The position numbers and the translations under genes were made by a program. The notes under the pieces are model-generated. The model did not search any database, was not told the origin of the DNA, and worked only from the letters and a program-made list of their open reading frames with translations. From positions 1,248,001-1,312,000 of the forward strand of contig JBPOGI010000001.1 in the NCBI GenBank assembly GCA_051251855.1: a stretch of DNA of 64,000 nucleotides. Direction: 5' to 3'. Origin of the DNA: Roseibacillus sp. (GTDB lineage Bacteria; Verrucomicrobiota; Verrucomicrobiia; Verrucomicrobiales; Akkermansiaceae). Of this stretch, positions 20,136 through 30,460 are shown in pieces (position 1 is the first letter of the stretch; each line of letters starts with the position of its first letter).

Positions 20136-21028
20136 TTTCAGACTTTAGCTCCTTAAAAAAGGCAGTCGAAGGCCTAGGTGTGAGCATTACCGTTCATCAA
20201 AGGGAATGGGAGAAAAAATTGTGGAGTGGTCTCGAAATTGACTTCGATGAAATCGACAAGATGGAGCCGAACGAGGCCTTTTTCGATGTTTCTCCAAATG
20301 GGCAAGTCAAACCCACTGTGGTCTTCATCACTCAGACAAATTTATTCGGAAACAAGGACCCTGATAAGACCTCTGATCTTCATAAATACCACTTCTTCAA
20401 TTGCAAAGTAGTTTCCAACCATAGGCGAAAATCCCGCTACAAAAAATCAACCCGACTAGACGGAAAATTCAACTATCGAATCTTTAAGGACAAAGACGAA
20501 TACATTCCTGAAAATTACAAGAATGGTGTCCCTCTCTATCTCTGCGGATATTGCCATAAAATAATCGAGAATCTCTTTGGTTCATACTCTAAGAAAGAGC
20601 TGTTCGAGCTAGAAGCATTCCTCACTCAATTCTGTTCTCAGGGAGGTGTTCCTAATTCTACCTTGGACTTTAGCGGCATGGAACTTCGCCCAGACATTGG
20701 AGATAGGCCTAGAGTTTATTCTGCCGGCTGGGAGCGGATATCGAAACGCTTTCGCGAATCAGCCAACTATACTTGTCAAGAATGCGGGATTTACCTTGGA
20801 GATTCATCAACCCGTAAGTGGTGCCACGTTCACCATGCCAACGGCGACCCTTCAGATAACGTTGTGGCAAATTTGCGATGTTTGTGTATCGGATGCCATG
20901 CGAAGGAATGCATGCACCACCACGTAACCAACCTTCCAGCCCACTCTGAATTTTTGGCCAGCAACGTCTACAATCAATTTGTGAGTCGCCAGTCCTCCCG
21001 CCTCGCCTACGCCCCGCCAAAAACGTAG
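20132..21028 (+). CDS. zorE: HNH endonuclease, Zorya type II effector-like
   Basis: C-terminal YTCQECG...HVHHANGDPSDNVVANLRCLCIGCH. ATGA overlap with zorB. Confidence 0.75.
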   Translation: MISDFSSLKKAVEGLGVSITVHQREWEKKLWSGLEIDFDEIDKMEPNEAFFDVSPNGQVKPTVVFITQTNLFGNKDPDKTSDLHKYHFFNCKVVSNHRRKSRYKKSTRLDGKFNYRIFKDKDEYIPENYKNGVPLYLCGYCHKIIENLFGSYSKKELFELEAFLTQFCSQGGVPNSTLDFSGMELRPDIGDRPRVYSAGWERISKRFRESANYTCQECGIYLGDSSTRKWCHVHHANGDPSDNVVANLRCLCIGCHAKECMHHHVTNLPAHSEFLASNVYNQFVSRQSSRLAYAPPKT

Positions 21029-21202
21029 CAACCGCGTGACTCCAGCCCTCTCCTTCGTAGTATGAATGATTCATCTCCAGACCAAGCACCCAAAGAGAGC
21101 ACCCGTTGGGACTTGCGCGTCGTTTCAGGAAGGCAAACAATTACCTCCTCTGACGTTGCCGACTTCCTTGCTGAGGAACCTGAGCCCTCGCAAATCAATC
21201 CT

Positions 21203-21451
21203 ATGAACTATCCCGAACTCGCTGCTATTTTAGAGGAACGTCTTGTCATCATCGCGGACCATGAATCGCGTGACCGCGATCCTGAGGCTCACCTCGCAAA
21301 GCTCGTCCAAGTGAGCGAAAAAATCACCAACTGGCACGAAGCTCATCGACATGAAATCGATGGCAACCTCGAGCACTTTCTTTCCGGGGCGAGTTTCCAG
21401 AAAGCCTTGGAATATCTCAACACCGGAACCCGCAGACCCTGCGGGACTTAA
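21203..21451 (+). CDS. Small helical hypothetical protein
   Basis: Host-like codon usage, MNYPELAAILEERLVIIADH...LEHFLSGASFQKALEYL. An in-frame upstream ATG exists at 21062. Confidence 0.6.
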   Translation: MNYPELAAILEERLVIIADHESRDRDPEAHLAKLVQVSEKITNWHEAHRHEIDGNLEHFLSGASFQKALEYLNTGTRRPCGT

Positions 21452-21677
21452 CCAATTTGGGCTTTAGTGCAGGAGTTCCCCTTCTCTTTCCGAAGACTCG
21501 CCCGGTCATTTATCCGCCCAAACGTTTCCTGAATTCCTCGGCGGTTCATCGACAGGAACCACTTCCGCCAACGGGAAGAACCAGTCAAAAATCTTACACA
21601 CGAGGAGGTTTTGCCGACGTATCCCTTTCTGATCAGTCCGATCCTAAGAACCTAGAATTTTGCTGACACATAGAAAC

Positions 21678-23135
21678 ATGAAACGTCCTCTCCTGCTCTT
21701 TACCCTTTGCGCCCTTTCCTTCTCCCCTTCGCTTCCCGCTCAAGAGACTCCGTGGAAGAGCGGCGACCGGATCGCAATCAGTGCTGACGGAAATCCTGAT
21801 GCTGATCCCGATGACATCGGGGCCACTCCCTTCACTCTCGCAGTCCTCGCGAAGGCTGGATTGCAGAAGAACCTCGTCCACTACGATTTCAATAACTTCA
21901 TGGAGTATAAGCCCATCCCTCCCGCGAAGAACGAGATGTGGCGGGGCGCGATGGGTGGCCAATCCCGCTGGGGATTTGACCGTAGCAAATTCTTCGACGT
22001 CGCTCAGGACCCGAACGCTCCGATTGAAAACCTCAAGAACGAGATCAACCAATCATCCGCCGAAAATCCTCTTTTCATCATCGAGGCTGGACCCGCCGAA
22101 CTGATTTACCAGGCACTCAAGGCCGCCGATGAAACAGCCCGTCAGCACGTCACCCTCGTCTCCCACAGCGGATACAACGACTACTACAAACCTCGTCCTT
22201 GGCTCCGTAACCTCGAAGACATTCAGACTCTCGTCCCCAACCTGAAGTATCTCAAAATCCCCGACCAAAACCAAGACCTTCGCACGCAAGGCGACTACTC
22301 TCCTTGGCATTGGCTCCGTGACCACGCCGACCCCAATCTCAACTGGGTCTTTCAGCGCATGGAAACCGGCCTTCCCGATGTCTCTGACACTGGTATGCTC
22401 TGCTGGCTCATTGGACTAAGCGGAGAGAATCAGCGCATCACCATTGCTGAGCTCATCGACTGGTTCGGAAGCGAATCCATCCCCTCCAACGGCGGTTCCT
22501 CGGAAGCTCCTTCTCCTCCTGCGGCCGTCACCCCTAAAATCAACTACCCTGCGACTGAACACATCTTCCAAGAGGTCGACGGCAAACTGGTCATCGAAGC
22601 CGAAAGCGTTCCTCTCACCGGCGACTGGATTCTCGAAACCACTCAAGAAGGCCACACCGGCGAAGGCTACATCCGCTACATGCCCGATTACATTCACGCC
22701 ATCACCTCACAGACGCGCAGCGTGCTCACTTACAATTTTCGAATCACCAACCCTGGCAAATACCGCCTCGCCCTCAAGCATTCTAACAAAGGAGCTCCAG
22801 AGCGCGACAAGTGGAACGACTGTTGGACTCTGATGGGAATCGACCCCCACCCTTGGGGCCGCGTTCGCAAAACATATCAATCAGTCACCCAAGAACAATT
22901 TGAGGACGGCATTGGCTTCAACTTCAACACCACCCACAACAACTACGGCCCCGTCGCTCACGCCGATGGCGAATTCTCAAAACCGCTCTACGACCTGCAA
23001 GCAGGAGACCAATACTTCTTCATCATGGGTCGCTCCGGCGGCTACCGCCTCGACAAAATTCATCTCTTCAAACAAGGCGTTGAAGGCTTCAAGGACGACG
23101 CCGAACCAGCAACGCCTCTCCAACCCGGCCGTTAA
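21678..23135 (+). CDS. Secreted protein: nucleoside-hydrolase-like N-domain plus C-terminal beta-sandwich
   Basis: Signal peptide MKRPLLLFTLCALSFSPSLPA, Asp-rich motif ADGNPDADPDDIGA, IIEAGP, and a C-domain beginning FQEVDGKLVIEAE and ending GYRLDKIHL. Confidence 0.6.
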   Translation: MKRPLLLFTLCALSFSPSLPAQETPWKSGDRIAISADGNPDADPDDIGATPFTLAVLAKAGLQKNLVHYDFNNFMEYKPIPPAKNEMWRGAMGGQSRWGFDRSKFFDVAQDPNAPIENLKNEINQSSAENPLFIIEAGPAELIYQALKAADETARQHVTLVSHSGYNDYYKPRPWLRNLEDIQTLVPNLKYLKIPDQNQDLRTQGDYSPWHWLRDHADPNLNWVFQRMETGLPDVSDTGMLCWLIGLSGENQRITIAELIDWFGSESIPSNGGSSEAPSPPAAVTPKINYPATEHIFQEVDGKLVIEAESVPLTGDWILETTQEGHTGEGYIRYMPDYIHAITSQTRSVLTYNFRITNPGKYRLALKHSNKGAPERDKWNDCWTLMGIDPHPWGRVRKTYQSVTQEQFEDGIGFNFNTTHNNYGPVAHADGEFSKPLYDLQAGDQYFFIMGRSGGYRLDKIHLFKQGVEGFKDDAEPATPLQPGR

Positions 23136-23143
23136 CACCTAAG

Positions 23144-24118
23144 CTAGCGCAACTTAGTGCCATCATAGGAAAGAAGCTCCTCCGCGGTGGGCGTTGCAAT
23201 GGCCACACCTTCCTCGGGAACTTCCATTCCGAGGGTCCAGAAAACACTGTTAGCGAAGCTCTGGAAGAAATGCGGGTTGGCCCACGTGCGATAGAAATGC
23301 GCGGAAGTCATCGCCACCGAGCGGCCTTCGTCTTCTCTCTCGAAAGACCAATAGGCAGCTTGCTCACGCCAGCTCTCTTTCTTTTCGATATCACCACGCC
23401 AACCCGGAGCATTGGCGGTGTGCAAGAAGGTCACTTTGTCCGAACCGGGATTGCGACCCTCCTTCACTGTGAAAAAGTTGAAGTAGTATTCGTCTTGAAG
23501 CTCAAAGGAATCGGGGAGCCCGTTAGAAATAGGATGGCTCTTGTTCACCTTCAAATCCAACTTGGGAAACTTCCAAGTGAAACTACTAGCGGGGTCGTTC
23601 CCCTTCTTCACCCAATAGTAAACACCTCCAATCCAATCCATCATCATCTGGGCGTTTTCAGCATGAAGCTGCCCCATGCCTCCGGAGGGAGCATCCGTCG
23701 CCCAATGAATCACGATGAGCCCCGCCTTGTTCTTTTTCAAAGCGCCATCGAGATGCTTCATATTCTTAGTAGGATCCTTCTTATTCCCCAAGACATGCCT
23801 TCCCCCCCCGTCACTCGAGACAATGATCAAGTCGGCATTCTCGACTAAGGAAAGATCCTTAGGATAACCGAGAGTGGTCTGAACCTCCAAGGAGCCCGCG
23901 TATTCCGACCCCTCAAGCTTGTCTTTAATCAATTGCCCCACTTGATCGTTATTGTGCGAATCCGGACCGTGAGTCGATTTCCCACGAATAATGAGAACCT
24001 TCTTTTTCTCACCCGTCAGCTCAGTGTCTTCGCCATGACTCTGTAGTCCGACGAACATTGCGCCGATGCAACAAGTGAGCAGCACTAGTAGTGAAACCGA
24101 ATGAGGGGAAATTTTCAT
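23144..24118 (-). CDS. ThuA-like (class I GATase-like fold) secreted protein
   Basis: KKVLII.G..THG..SHN, GLIVIHWA, HPISNGLPDSFELQDEYY, EGRSVAMTSAH and FANSVFW. Confidence 0.78.
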   Translation of the reverse strand: MKISPHSVSLLVLLTCCIGAMFVGLQSHGEDTELTGEKKKVLIIRGKSTHGPDSHNNDQVGQLIKDKLEGSEYAGSLEVQTTLGYPKDLSLVENADLIIVSSDGGGRHVLGNKKDPTKNMKHLDGALKKNKAGLIVIHWATDAPSGGMGQLHAENAQMMMDWIGGVYYWVKKGNDPASSFTWKFPKLDLKVNKSHPISNGLPDSFELQDEYYFNFFTVKEGRNPGSDKVTFLHTANAPGWRGDIEKKESWREQAAYWSFEREDEGRSVAMTSAHFYRTWANPHFFQSFANSVFWTLGMEVPEEGVAIATPTAEELLSYDGTKLR

Positions 24119-24382
24119 ATTTTAAGAACTCAGTCCTTACCCAATCACGCGAACGTTCTCAAAGAAATTCTCATACGCTCACCAAATCCCGAAAGAATTC
24201 CCCGATTTCTCCTAGGTTCTCTTACTCAACGCCAAAAGAGCCTTCGCCTCGTAAGCTTCAGCCCCTCCTAACACACGCTCTTTTCGGCATTAAGAATTGT
24301 TTCACAGCAGTTTATCAGTATTCTCTTCGGTCCTCTCTTTACGAGTGTCAACCATATCAGAGATACCAGCTAACGCTTCAAA

Positions 24383-26434
24383 ATGACGCCTTCACTTTAT
24401 ATTACACCTATCGCCGGCCTTGTCGGACTCGCTCTCGCCTTCGTTTTCTATCGTTCCATTGCAAAGCGCTCAGGTGGCGAAGGAAAAATTGCAGATATTG
24501 CCGAGAAGATCCACCGCGGATCCATGGTCTTCATGAAGCGAGAGTTCATCCTCATCTCCGCATTCGCTCTGGTCATTGGAGCTTGCCTCTTTTTTTTCCA
24601 AGAAGGCAGCTACGGCCCCCAACAAAGCCTCGCCTTCTTCCTCGGAGCCCTCGCCTCCTCCTTCGCTGGCTACGTCGGAATGACCACTGCCACCAAGGCC
24701 AACGTGCGTACCACCCTTGCGGCTCACAATGAAGGAGCTGGCCCTGCGCTCACAGTCGCGTTCTTCGGCGGCTCGGTTATGGGTCTTACGGTCGCCTCCA
24801 TGGGCCTCATCGGATTAGGTGGACTTTTCCTCATCTACAACAATCACAATGAACTCGCCGAAATCCTCGAAGGTTTTGCCATGGGCGCTTCCCTTGTCGC
24901 TCTTTTCTACCGGGTTGGTGGTGGAATTTTCACGAAAGCTGCTGACGTCGGAGCTGACCTAGTCGGTAAAGTCGAAGCCGGAATCCCCGAGGACGACCCC
25001 CGCAACCCAGGCGTCATTGCCGATAACGTTGGTGACAACGTCGGCGACGTCGCCGGAATGGGCTCAGATATCTTCGAAAGCTACTGCGGCGCGCAAATCG
25101 CCACCATCGCCATTGCCGCTGCTGCCGCCTCGACCGGAGCCAATGCCTTGGCCGATCTCAGCTTTAACGGCGAAGGGGCAAAGAACCTCGCGATGCAGCT
25201 CCCTCTCCTGCTCACCACGGTAGGACTGGTTTGCTCCGTTTTAGGTATTCTTGTCGTGCGTCTTATGTGCCACAAGGATCCAGCGCAGGCCCTCCGCTTT
25301 GGCACCATTGGCGGCGCAATCCTCTTCATCGTAGCCTCGTTCGGCCTCGTCAACATGTTGGGACTCAAAGCCAGCCTCGCCGCCTGCGTCCTTTGCGGTG
25401 CCGTCGGCGGAATCGTCATCGGTCTCGTCACTGAATACTACACCGCTGGCAAGCCTATCCGCGAACTCGCCCGCCAAGGCGAAACCGGAGTCGCCACCAT
25501 CATGATCGCAGGTCTTTCCCTCGGTCTTAAGTCAGTGGCCGTCCCCATGCTCTCTCTCGCCGCTGTCATCTACGGTTCCTTCGAACTCGCTGGCCTCTAC
25601 GGCGTCGGTCTCGCTGCCGTCGGAATGTTAGGCACCGTCGGAATCACCATGGCCATCGACGCCTACGGACCCGTTGCAGACAACGCAGGAGGTATCGCCG
25701 AAATGGCTGGCCTCGGCGAAGAAACCCGCAAGATCACTGATGGTCTCGATGCGGTTGGAAATACCACCGCCGCGATTGGCAAAGGCTTCGCTATCGGAGC
25801 AGCCGGCCTCGCAGCCCTCGCCCTCATCACCGCCTTTATCCAAAAAACCCAAATCGACCTCACTCTCGGCGACCCCGAAGTTCTGCGCACCTTCTTTGTG
25901 GGTCTCTTCATCGGCGGCGTCATTCCCTTCCTTAATGGAGCCATCACTATGGACGCCGTCGGCAAAGCTGCCTTCGAAATGATTTCCGAAATTCGCCGCC
26001 AATTTAAAGAAATCCCCGGCCTCCTCGAAGGCACCGGCGAGCCGGACTCCGACCGTTGTGTCGATATTGCCACCAAAGCGGCGACCAAGCGTATGGTTCT
26101 TCCTGCCCTCCTTGCGGTTGGAACGCCCGTCATCATCGGGTTCGGGTTTGGTGCCAACGGAGCCACCGCTCTCGCTGGAACCCTTTGTGGCGCCCTCCTC
26201 GGCTGCCTTCTCCTTGCTCTCATGATGTCAAACGCTGGTGGCGCTTGGGACAACGCCAAGAAGTATGTCGAAGAAGGTCATTTTGGAGGAAAGAACTCCG
26301 AAACACACAAAGGTTGCGTCGTGGGTGACACTGTTGGCGACCCCTTCAAGGACACTTCGGGACCTTCTATGAACATTCTCATCAATGTCATGGCAATCGT
26401 CAGTATTGTGATTGCTCCTCACCTTGTTAAATAA
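24383..26434 (+). CDS. hppA: Membrane-bound Na+/H+-translocating pyrophosphatase (K+-dependent type)
   Basis: [58 protein letters not shown] and [14 protein letters not shown]. Confidence 0.97.
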   Translation: MTPSLYITPIAGLVGLALAFVFYRSIAKRSGGEGKIADIAEKIHRGSMVFMKREFILISAFALVIGACLFFFQEGSYGPQQSLAFFLGALASSFAGYVGMTTATKANVRTTLAAHNEGAGPALTVAFFGGSVMGLTVASMGLIGLGGLFLIYNNHNELAEILEGFAMGASLVALFYRVGGGIFTKAADVGADLVGKVEAGIPEDDPRNPGVIADNVGDNVGDVAGMGSDIFESYCGAQIATIAIAAAAASTGANALADLSFNGEGAKNLAMQLPLLLTTVGLVCSVLGILVVRLMCHKDPAQALRFGTIGGAILFIVASFGLVNMLGLKASLAACVLCGAVGGIVIGLVTEYYTAGKPIRELARQGETGVATIMIAGLSLGLKSVAVPMLSLAAVIYGSFELAGLYGVGLAAVGMLGTVGITMAIDAYGPVADNAGGIAEMAGLGEETRKITDGLDAVGNTTAAIGKGFAIGAAGLAALALITAFIQKTQIDLTLGDPEVLRTFFVGLFIGGVIPFLNGAITMDAVGKAAFEMISEIRRQFKEIPGLLEGTGEPDSDRCVDIATKAATKRMVLPALLAVGTPVIIGFGFGANGATALAGTLCGALLGCLLLALMMSNAGGAWDNAKKYVEEGHFGGKNSETHKGCVVGDTVGDPFKDTSGPSMNILINVMAIVSIVIAPHLVK

Positions 26435-26445
26435 GGGCTGTCCCC

Positions 26446-26910
26446 ATGTCTGATTCACCTCGTAAATTGCCCTACCAACAGCGAGCACGTTCACTACCCC
26501 ACAAGCATTTTTACCGTGTCTCCCTCTGCTGGGCAGTTGTTCTCTATACTCTTGTCTTATGCATCATCGCCGCTGGAATTGGATTTGCGCTCGTTGATAA
26601 CGTAAGCAACGGCTACCTGCTCGTGGCTCTCGTACTTTCTGCCCTCCTAGTCTGGGTCTTCAGCTTCTTCTCAAGAAAAAAGGCCACCTGTCCTCTCTGC
26701 AAAGGCACCCCCTTTCTCGACAGTCGAGCTTCCAAACATGTAAAGGCAGTTCGAATTCTGCCTTTCAACTACGGAACTACCAATATCCTGCGTGCACTCG
26801 TCACTCGTCGCTTTCGTTGTCATTTCTGTGGCACACCGTTTGATATGCTCAAGACCAACTTGAGCACCAAGAACGACCATCCTCCCTACAAAGAAGCCAA
26901 GGACTCCTAA
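26446..26910 (+). CDS. Hypothetical membrane protein with Zn-ribbon (2 TM plus CPLC...CHFC)
   Basis: Two hydrophobic segments followed by two CxxC pairs. Starts 11 nt after hppA. Confidence 0.7.
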   Translation: MSDSPRKLPYQQRARSLPHKHFYRVSLCWAVVLYTLVLCIIAAGIGFALVDNVSNGYLLVALVLSALLVWVFSFFSRKKATCPLCKGTPFLDSRASKHVKAVRILPFNYGTTNILRALVTRRFRCHFCGTPFDMLKTNLSTKNDHPPYKEAKDS

Positions 26911-26986
26911 CCACATCGTGGTAAGGCCCCCCAAACATAAGCCCTAGAGACCCGACGGTTTCGCGCCTAAATTTGAGACTGCTACA

Positions 26987-29302
26987 CTAAAACGTCGTTT
27001 CGTCCTCCCCTAGGATTTGCACCTCGGTATCTAACTCCACGTCGCGCTGCTCTTTCGCCTTGTCTTGGATCTGACCAATCAGCTCTAGAACTTCTGTAGC
27101 GGTTCCCTTCCCGCCATTCACAATAAAGTTTCCATGCTCTTGGGAAACCAAAGCCTTACCCACTGCACTCCCTTTTAAGCCCAACTCATCGACCAATTGA
27201 CCAGCCCCCATTCCCGCATCCGCAGGATTCTTAAAGATACAGCCCGCACTCGCTCCCCGCGGCTGCGTTGCCTTTCGCTTTTGACGAGAAAGTTCTAACT
27301 GCTCTTGGATATGCTCCGCAGTCGCAGAAGGGTCACCTTTAAAGACAACCCGAAGTGCATAATTACGCCTCAACTCAGGAACACTACGATAGAATGCTTG
27401 AATCTCGCCGCGACTTCGAACCCGACGATTACCATCTTCATCCAAGAACTCTAATTCGACCACTTGGTCAAAAGTCTCAATTCCCATCGCTCCCGCATTC
27501 ATGCGCAAGCCTCCTCCCACATTACCGGGGATACCTTCCATCCACTCGAAACCACCGATTCCCTCCTTCTGAGCAAAGCTCGCCAGCTTCTTAAAACGAA
27601 CTCCGGCTCCTGCCTCAATAAGTCCTTCTCCCACGACTCGCAGCGCGCCAAACTCACCCTTATTCGAAGGATGGATCACCGCCCCGCGAATCCCTCCATC
27701 ACGAACCAGCAGATTCGAACCTCGTCCAACCACGCGCACCGGAAATCCCTCTTCCTTAAAGTAATCCACCGAGTTCACAAACCCCTCAAAGGTCTGCGGC
27801 TCCACCCAAAATTGGGCCGGACCACCCACCAACATCGTAGTATGCCGCTTCATGGGCTCATAAAGCTTCACCTTCAAATCAACTTCGCCCCCATCACGCT
27901 TCAGCTCCTCAACAAAAGCGACATCACGAATAATTTTACGACCAATCTCATGAACATTACCCGCTCCCAAGGTCATGAGTAAATCACCCTCCTTGAGAGC
28001 ATTGCCCACCACATGATGAGCATTTTCAAAGTCGTCCAAATACCATCCTTCCGTCGGCCCTTGACGCTCCATGGCCTCGACGATCGTCGCTCCGCTCACC
28101 CCCTCGATAGGATCTTCGCTCGCCGCATAAACGGGCACCACATAGACAAGGTCAGCCAACTGCAACGCCTTTCCAAACTCCTCAGACAGACGTTGGGTTC
28201 GTGAAAAACGATGGGGTTGAAAGACCACTACCAACCGCTTGTTCCCAAGACTGAGAGCCGTCTTCAGGGTCGCATCAATCTCAGTGGGATGGTGCCCGTA
28301 GTCATCAATTACTCGCAAAAAATGGGTGCGCCACTTCGTCTCAAAGCGACGCTTCGCCCCAGCAAAAGTAGACAATGCGCGCGCCACAAGGTCAAAACTC
28401 GCCTCCACTTCGCACGCCAAAACAATCGCCGCCAGAGCATTGAGAACATTGTGCTGCCCAGGAATGCCCAGCTCCACTCGTCCAAGCTCTTCCCCCCGCC
28501 GAATCACCGTAAAGGCAGTCGTACCACGCCCCTCCAAGATATCACGCGCCACAAAGTCATTATCTTCGCCCAAGCCATACGAAATCGAATTCTCACGCTT
28601 GCCACAAACCCGCCGAGCACCCTCGTCGTCACCGCAATAAATAGCGGCATCACTGGTCTGTCCCAGCAGGGTCGTAAACACGGCATCAATCTCCTCAATC
28701 CCATTGTAAAAATCCAAGTGCTCCGCCTCGACATTAAGCACAATCGAATACTTCGGATGATAGAGCTGCAGCGTGCCATCACTTTCATCACCCTCAGCGA
28801 CCATCAGTTCTCCCTCTTCGTCCCAAAACGCATTCGTGCCAAGCACTGGAATCTCCGCTCCCACGTAATGACTGGGCTTCTCGCCCGCCTTTCGCAAAAC
28901 ATGCGCACACATCGCCGAGGTCGTCGTCTTCCCGTGCGTCCCCGAAACGACCACGCCATCCTTACCACCCAAAATCCCCGCCAAACACTCCGCACGCAGC
29001 AAACACGGAGTTCCCGCAGCTTCCGCAGCCGCCCGCGCTGGATTCTCTGGCCGAATCGCCGAGGAATACACCACAGCATCTACGCCCTCAACAGCCTCCG
29101 CCGTATGCGGACTCGAAAACTGCAAACCCAGCCCCTTCAAGCGCTCCACCTCACCGCTCGTCACCCGATCGGATCCGCTCACGCGATGGCCCATCTGCAA
29201 CAGCAAACCCGCCAAACCACTCATCCCAGAGCCTGCCACTCCAATCAAATGCACCCTCGCCGGATTACCCCGGTCCAAAAATCGCTTCGTCCAATCAGCC
29301 AT
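26987..29302 (-). CDS. murC: Fused UDP-N-acetylmuramate--L-alanine ligase / UDP-N-acetylmuramate dehydrogenase (MurC-MurB)
   Basis: MurC motifs (GVAGSGMSGLA, GTHGKTTT, EGDESDG, DDYGHHPTE, FQPHRFSRT) followed in frame by MurB motifs (HTTMLVGGPA, GRGSNLLVRDGG, GIPGNVGGGLRMNAGA, SAGCIFKNP, HGNFIVN). Confidence 0.96.
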   Translation of the reverse strand: MADWTKRFLDRGNPARVHLIGVAGSGMSGLAGLLLQMGHRVSGSDRVTSGEVERLKGLGLQFSSPHTAEAVEGVDAVVYSSAIRPENPARAAAEAAGTPCLLRAECLAGILGGKDGVVVSGTHGKTTTSAMCAHVLRKAGEKPSHYVGAEIPVLGTNAFWDEEGELMVAEGDESDGTLQLYHPKYSIVLNVEAEHLDFYNGIEEIDAVFTTLLGQTSDAAIYCGDDEGARRVCGKRENSISYGLGEDNDFVARDILEGRGTTAFTVIRRGEELGRVELGIPGQHNVLNALAAIVLACEVEASFDLVARALSTFAGAKRRFETKWRTHFLRVIDDYGHHPTEIDATLKTALSLGNKRLVVVFQPHRFSRTQRLSEEFGKALQLADLVYVVPVYAASEDPIEGVSGATIVEAMERQGPTEGWYLDDFENAHHVVGNALKEGDLLMTLGAGNVHEIGRKIIRDVAFVEELKRDGGEVDLKVKLYEPMKRHTTMLVGGPAQFWVEPQTFEGFVNSVDYFKEEGFPVRVVGRGSNLLVRDGGIRGAVIHPSNKGEFGALRVVGEGLIEAGAGVRFKKLASFAQKEGIGGFEWMEGIPGNVGGGLRMNAGAMGIETFDQVVELEFLDEDGNRRVRSRGEIQAFYRSVPELRRNYALRVVFKGDPSATAEHIQEQLELSRQKRKATQPRGASAGCIFKNPADAGMGAGQLVDELGLKGSAVGKALVSQEHGNFIVNGGKGTATEVLELIGQIQDKAKEQRDVELDTEVQILGEDETTF

Positions 29303-29443
29303 CAGTTGGGAGAGTATTGGAAACTACCGCCTCCGCCTCAAGGGCATTCCGTGGCGGCTAAGCACATCTTTTTCTCCCTTGATGAACAAACTTTTTGGCC
29401 TTCGCTCTTCTTTCCTGCTCAAAAAGCCTCCATCATCTCATCC

Positions 29444-30460
29444 GTGGCCATTCTGGAAGTCTCAAATCTCACCACCCGCTTTCACACCCGTGACGGAATC
29501 GTCCACGCGGTCGAGGGCGTATCCTTCACCGTCGAGCGCGGTAAAACTCTCGGCATCGTCGGCGAATCCGGCTCAGGAAAATCCGTCACCTGCTACTCTC
29601 TTCTAGGACTCATCCCCAAACCTCCGGGAAAAATCCACTCTGGCAAAGCCCTCTTCGACGGCCACGACCTTTTGGCCAAAGACGAAAAGGACCTCCGCTC
29701 CATCCGTGGCAAGCGTATCTCGATGATTTTCCAGGATCCGATGACCTCGCTCAACCCTTACCTCAAGATTGTCGACCAACTCACCGAACCTCTCACCCTC
29801 CATCTCGGCATCAAGGGAGACGAAGCTCGCGAGCGCGCTATCGAAGCCCTCGCCGAAGTTGGCATCCCCGATCCCGAATCCCGCGTCGATAGCTACCCCC
29901 ACGAATTCTCTGGCGGCATGCGCCAAAGAGTCATGATCGCCATGGCCCTCATCACCAAGCCCGAGCTCCTCATCGCCGACGAGCCCACCACCGCCCTCGA
30001 CGTCACCGTCCAAAAGCAAGTCCTCGACCTCATCCGCAAGCGCCAACAAGACCTCGGCTCCGCGGTCATCCTCATCACCCACGACCTCGCTGTCGTCTCC
30101 GAGACCTGCGACCACGTCAACGTCATGTATGCCGGCCGTGTCGTCGAAAGCGCACCTGCCGCCACCCTCTTTGCCAACCCTCGACACGCCTACACCCGCG
30201 CCCTCTTGCGCAGCATCCCCGCCGGCCAGACCAAAGGTGAAAAACTCTACACCATTCAGGGGCTCCCTCCCATTCTAACATCCCCTCCCACCGGCTGCTC
30301 CTTCCAGCCCCGCAACACCCTCGGCGACCCCAGTAAATGCCTCACCGACAAAGCCCCTCCGCTCGTCGAAGTCGCCCCCGAACACTTCGTTCAAGACTGC
30401 CCCGGCTGTCTAGCGCTCAGCGGTCATTCCTCAGAAGCCCCATCTGGTGCGCCTTGTTGA
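29444..30460 (+). CDS. Oligopeptide/dipeptide ABC transporter ATP-binding protein (OppD/DppD-like)
   Basis: GTG start, [38 protein letters not shown] and HAYTRALL. The upstream part of ORF 28211 is antisense to murC and is spurious. Confidence 0.93.
   Translation: MAILEVSNLTTRFHTRDGIVHAVEGVSFTVERGKTLGIVGESGSGKSVTCYSLLGLIPKPPGKIHSGKALFDGHDLLAKDEKDLRSIRGKRISMIFQDPMTSLNPYLKIVDQLTEPLTLHLGIKGDEARERAIEALAEVGIPDPESRVDSYPHEFSGGMRQRVMIAMALITKPELLIADEPTTALDVTVQKQVLDLIRKRQQDLGSAVILITHDLAVVSETCDHVNVMYAGRVVESAPAATLFANPRHAYTRALLRSIPAGQTKGEKLYTIQGLPPILTSPPTGCSFQPRNTLGDPSKCLTDKAPPLVEVAPEHFVQDCPGCLALSGHSSEAPSGAPC

Noticed and set aside
28211..29443. Apparent 411-aa N-terminal extension of the ABC ATPase
   Set aside because: It overlaps murC on the opposite strand and is R/H/Q-rich noise. 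Homology to the ATPase starts at GTG 29444.
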